NCBI RefSeq assembly: GCF_004010195.1 | Contig: NC_057718.1 | Span: forward strand, 94,088,039 to 94,152,038 | Length of the DNA stretch: 64,000 bases | From: Chiloscyllium plagiosum | Lineage: Eukaryota | Direction of reading: 5' to 3' | Shown here: in pieces, positions 60,262 to 64,000 of the stretch | How positions within the stretch are numbered: the stretch's first letter is position 1 | How the letters are laid out: each line of letters opens with the position of its first letter | Program-made: the position numbers and the translations under genes | Notes under the pieces: generated by a model | Told to the model about the DNA's origin: nothing | The model's database searches: none | What the model saw: the letters and a program-made list of their open reading frames with translations, nothing else

Positions 60262-61059
60262 ACCACCACGTCAAAAGAACCCTTCGCAATATCAGCCACA
60301 AAAGAACAAACATTCTATGTTTGTTTTTTTTTCAAAAAGTAAATAATAAACTGCCGTCGGTGAGGTTGTGTTTCGCCCCACTCTGAAGTTTCAGCCATCA
60401 AATCAGGGCCACCAGTGTATAGGCGAGCGCTTACTGCGTTATTACATTTTAAGGTCAATGCCAGACATTCTTGGGTAGTTCGCCCGTTCTGTTCTTTGTG
60501 AAAATTATGCTTGACATTTCATAAAATGAAATGACAAACGAGATTACAAGTTGAGGCAAAAAAACAAGGGCGAAGATTCTGGGATAGCAGGTGAGGTCGC
60601 CCTAAGGTCAAAAGCAGGCCTGTTCCGCTTGGCTTCTGCAACGAAGATATACAGCGGTCAGGGGGAAACGAGAGGGTTTTCTTTAAAACTCGCGAATAAT
60701 GTGTGTTTTTTTGTCGTTTTGTGTGTGGTCAGCGCGCGGTTTTACTGTACCACATTTTACACATATTGTGATGAAAAAAGATACATTGTCGTTACATCAC
60801 CCAGTTTCCACTGAAACGCCCTCAGAACATACCTGGAAGGGTTAAAATGCACACAGGATCGCACTGAGACATGCAGCAATCACTGACACGGACAGAATGT
60901 GTAACATGGGTTTATACACTCAAACGCATGTTTACTTTCAAACATTCTGAACACAGTCAAACAATTCCTGCAGATTTAAAGTCCTTCACTCCTATCCTCC
61001 ATGTAGGCAAGACTTTTTTTTTAATTCACTGAAAGCATTCATACTTTTACATCCAAATA

Positions 61060-61500
61060 TTTAGCCACAAGAAGCACATGTATCTCACACTGACACACAC
61101 ACAAGAACCATACATCATCCTTCAAACACACATAGGGAACACTTCTACAAATCATATTCAAACCCGTAAAGGGATTCACATGATTCACAACGCGGACAGG
61201 CAGAAGCGAAATACCGTCAAAGTGCACACACACACGCACACACACAAGTTGACACACCATTATACAGTATCTACATATATAAACATTCACATAGTCTCAC
61301 AGTGTGCACATACCGGTGCAAACACTGCCTACAGGCCGAATCATATTTGCAACAACATCTGCACCCATAGAAACGCACATCAGCGCTCTGAGGACGCGTA
61401 CCAGATACAAACAAACACACATGCCACCCAAACGGTGGTTCATTTACACGGGACAATATTTACAGGCGCACAACTCCTCGCTTACAGGCATACCATCCAT
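61060..61500 (+). repeat. CA-rich low-complexity tract
   Basis: Degenerate ACAC/ACAT composition. Confidence 0.7.
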
Positions 61501-61879
61501 GGACATGTTCAGGTAATTGAGCAGACTTACTCTTACAGACACCTGGTGCTCATGCAATTATATGGTGGTCTGGGGCATGAATCCATTCATTATAGACACA
61601 TAACATCTCCATCTGCGTGTTGCAGATTTGATGTGGAAAATTAGTTCATTGAAGGAACTTCTTGAAGAAAGTCTTGCACTTATAAAGATCGCTAAATGTA
61701 CTCTATCTTAATCGGTGCCCATCTGACAGAACAGTGCATCTGTTAATGTCCCGTCAATGCAATTAATACGAAGGAGTTAACAAGGCACAATCTGCCTGTC
61801 AGGGACAATTATAACACCCTCTTACTCATCCTGGCTTCACACCTTAACGAACACTCGTCTTCGCGGGAAAAAAAAGCAA

Positions 61880-62478
61880 ATAAAAGGGCGGTGAAAAGGG
61901 AATGGGTAAAAAATTAAAACCTAAATGCAAAGTGGGGAAGGCTAAAATTTAAACCTAGCTGTAAAGAGGTGGGCAAAAAAAATGTAAATACAAAAGGAGA
62001 GTGTAAAAATGAAAACCTAAATATAAAAGGGAGGGCAAAAAATAATATCTCAATGTAAAGTGGGGATGGAAAGGCAAAAATTAAACCCTAAATGCAAAAC
62101 GAGGGCAAAATTAAAAGTTTGTTAATGCAAAGTGAGCAAAAATTAAAATCTAAATGAGAAGAGGAAGGCAAAAATTAAGATCCCAAGTGCAAGGGAGTGG
62201 GAAAAAAATGAAAAGCTGAATGCAAAGTGGAAATGGGGGTAGAAATTAAAATCTACACGCAACTTGGGAATGGGGCAAAAATTAAAATCTACACGCAAAT
62301 TGGGAATGGGGCAAAAATTAAAATCTACACGCAAATTGGGAATGGGGCAAAAATTAAGATTTACATGCAAATAGAAATGGGGGCAGAAATCAAAATCTAG
62401 TAAAAGGGGAGGGAAGAGAATCGCATCTAATTGCAAAGTGAGAATGGAGCAAAAGTTACAATCTAAATGCGAAGGGGA
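61880..62478 (+). repeat. Purine-rich degenerate minisatellite, unit about 30-36 bp
   Basis: Recurrent GGGCAAAAATTAAAA.CTAAATGCAAA; near-perfect 36-bp copies GGGGCAAAAATTAAAATCTACACGCAAATTGGGAAT at about 62230-62380. Confidence 0.85.
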
Positions 62479-64000
62479 GATGCCGTTGAGCTGTCGAGGA
62501 TTCACAGGATATTTAAATATGGTATAGAAGAGATCTCCTGTGAAAGAAGCATGAATATTCCTGATTAATTCCTCCTAATGTTCCACAACAACTGTGCTGA
62601 AAATAATGAGAATCGATTTCCAGACACACATTTATTTATAAATTGAAGATTATATATAAATTTCTAAATATAGTTACACATATGATACATATATTAAACA
62701 ATCGATATCACAAAATATAATTATATGCAGTTATATAAATTTGTGGGTTTTCTTAACATATAATTTTTGTTTCTTACACCTTACAGAAGCGTCTTTCTTT
62801 AAAATTTCTCACCAGGATGAGAATGAAGTGACACAGTAGGATCTTGATGAGTGTGTTTTCCTTATTGGTGCTTTGAGAAGCCTGATCGGTATCCAGACTG
62901 AATGAAAACAGATCAAAAACCAAGACTTTTTAAAGAAACAAAAAACAAAATTGCTGGGATTGAGAAAGAAACCCTAACAATTGCCACAGGACAGGGCCTT
63001 TATTGTCAGGAAGTTGGAAGTTTTCGATGCCCTCTCACGGGATTTTGTCTTGGTTCCTTGCAACCGTGTGCCGCTGCAGTGGAGCACATTGTATTTAGCA
63101 GAATGCGTTTGTCTTAAAACGCGCGCAACATTCCTATCCAGCCGCTAAATCATTCGTACACAAACAAAAAAGCCTGGGGTCGGACAATCTCCAAATGTAT
63201 TGCGGATTTACCTTAATTTACAAAATATCGAGCGTGTTTCGTTAGAGGATGCAGTTAAATCAATTGCAAGATAGAATGCGTGAATCGCTCTTTCCAGAGC
63301 AGCGTTAACATTAAATATGATTAAGTGTTCACTGCTGTCTTCCATTTAGTCTTATCAATTAAAAGCCATAAATTAGGGAGCAAGAAAAATAACAGATAAG
63401 GGTCACATCGTTAAGTGATGTGATCCGTCATCGTCTAAGCTAATTTTGAATTATATAGAACATAATAGCTCGCAGATTTCTATAGGATTACAATATAGAT
63501 TACTTGAGAGCTGTTTCTTTGCAATAAAACTGCAATTACTTATAAAGAGGTCTTTTACATCTGATAGCAATCGGGATCTATGAGGTTGACATCTTATTGG
63601 ATAGCTGGCAAAATTAACTTAAATTGCGATAGTATAACAAACAATTAAATAGGACCCCTACTAAAATGTGTGAACGGATATTTCCCCCTTTATACGATTT
63701 ATATTTAAAATTATTTCGAAATGATTTTAAAAGGACGAAACCAATACACGTCCCCTGCTAAATCTCTAAGCCTACTCCTGTAATTGGTCGTCCTGCCTCA
63801 CGGAACTGTTTCCTGGGGGTTAGAACAAGCATCTGAGCTGAGGTTAAACTGATCTCTCTCACATTGAGGCGCAAACATTTCCTGATGTTGGGGCGCAGCG
63901 AAATCGAACGCAATTCAGCATCACTTCCCTATTTTGGTGATCTACGTGTTATTTAGACTGCAACCGTTATCCGCCCAGTTCTCCCGTTCCCTCCACCCCC

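Noticed and set aside
61078..61644. 188-aa His/Thr-rich ORF
   Set aside because: Product of CA-rich low-complexity DNA
62143..62505. 120-aa ORF with NFCPIPNLRVDF repeats, or a 36-bp CRISPR-like repeat
   Set aside because: It is the translation of a 36-bp minisatellite; there are no spacers and no gene context

Overview
Eukaryotic, non-coding, transposon-rich DNA from a cartilaginous fish (shark-type HE1 SINEs and CR1 LINEs dominate), with two assembly gaps (26926-27707 and 31446-31739). I found no credible host protein-coding exon. The ORF-track entries are transposon remnants, low-complexity sequence, gap artefacts or chance. Repeat content includes many CR1 fragments, HE1 and other tRNA-derived SINEs, one Rex1/Babar fragment, one Tx1-type fragment, a decayed Gypsy gag-pol (about 48.1-52.5 kb, minus strand) and a Harbinger-type Myb/SANT remnant. 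At least three families of Penelope-type pseudo-LTR mini-elements are also present; they carry minimal hammerhead ribozyme cores, are often built as inverted pairs, and several have clear target-site duplications (TSDs). The most notable observations are: (1) a 5S rRNA copy joined to the 5' end of an internally deleted CR1 whose ORF1 runs in frame into ORF2, with the whole unit splitting an older repeat; (2) a tRNA-Asn copy joined through a 28-nt spacer to an HE1 SINE, also sitting as one unit inside an older repeat; (3) the hammerhead mini-elements; (4) several transposon-free blocks and a CpG-richer right end, suggesting a conserved-enhancer gene desert near a promoter. Repeat family names come from my recall of consensus sequences, not from a database search, and most repeat boundaries are approximate.
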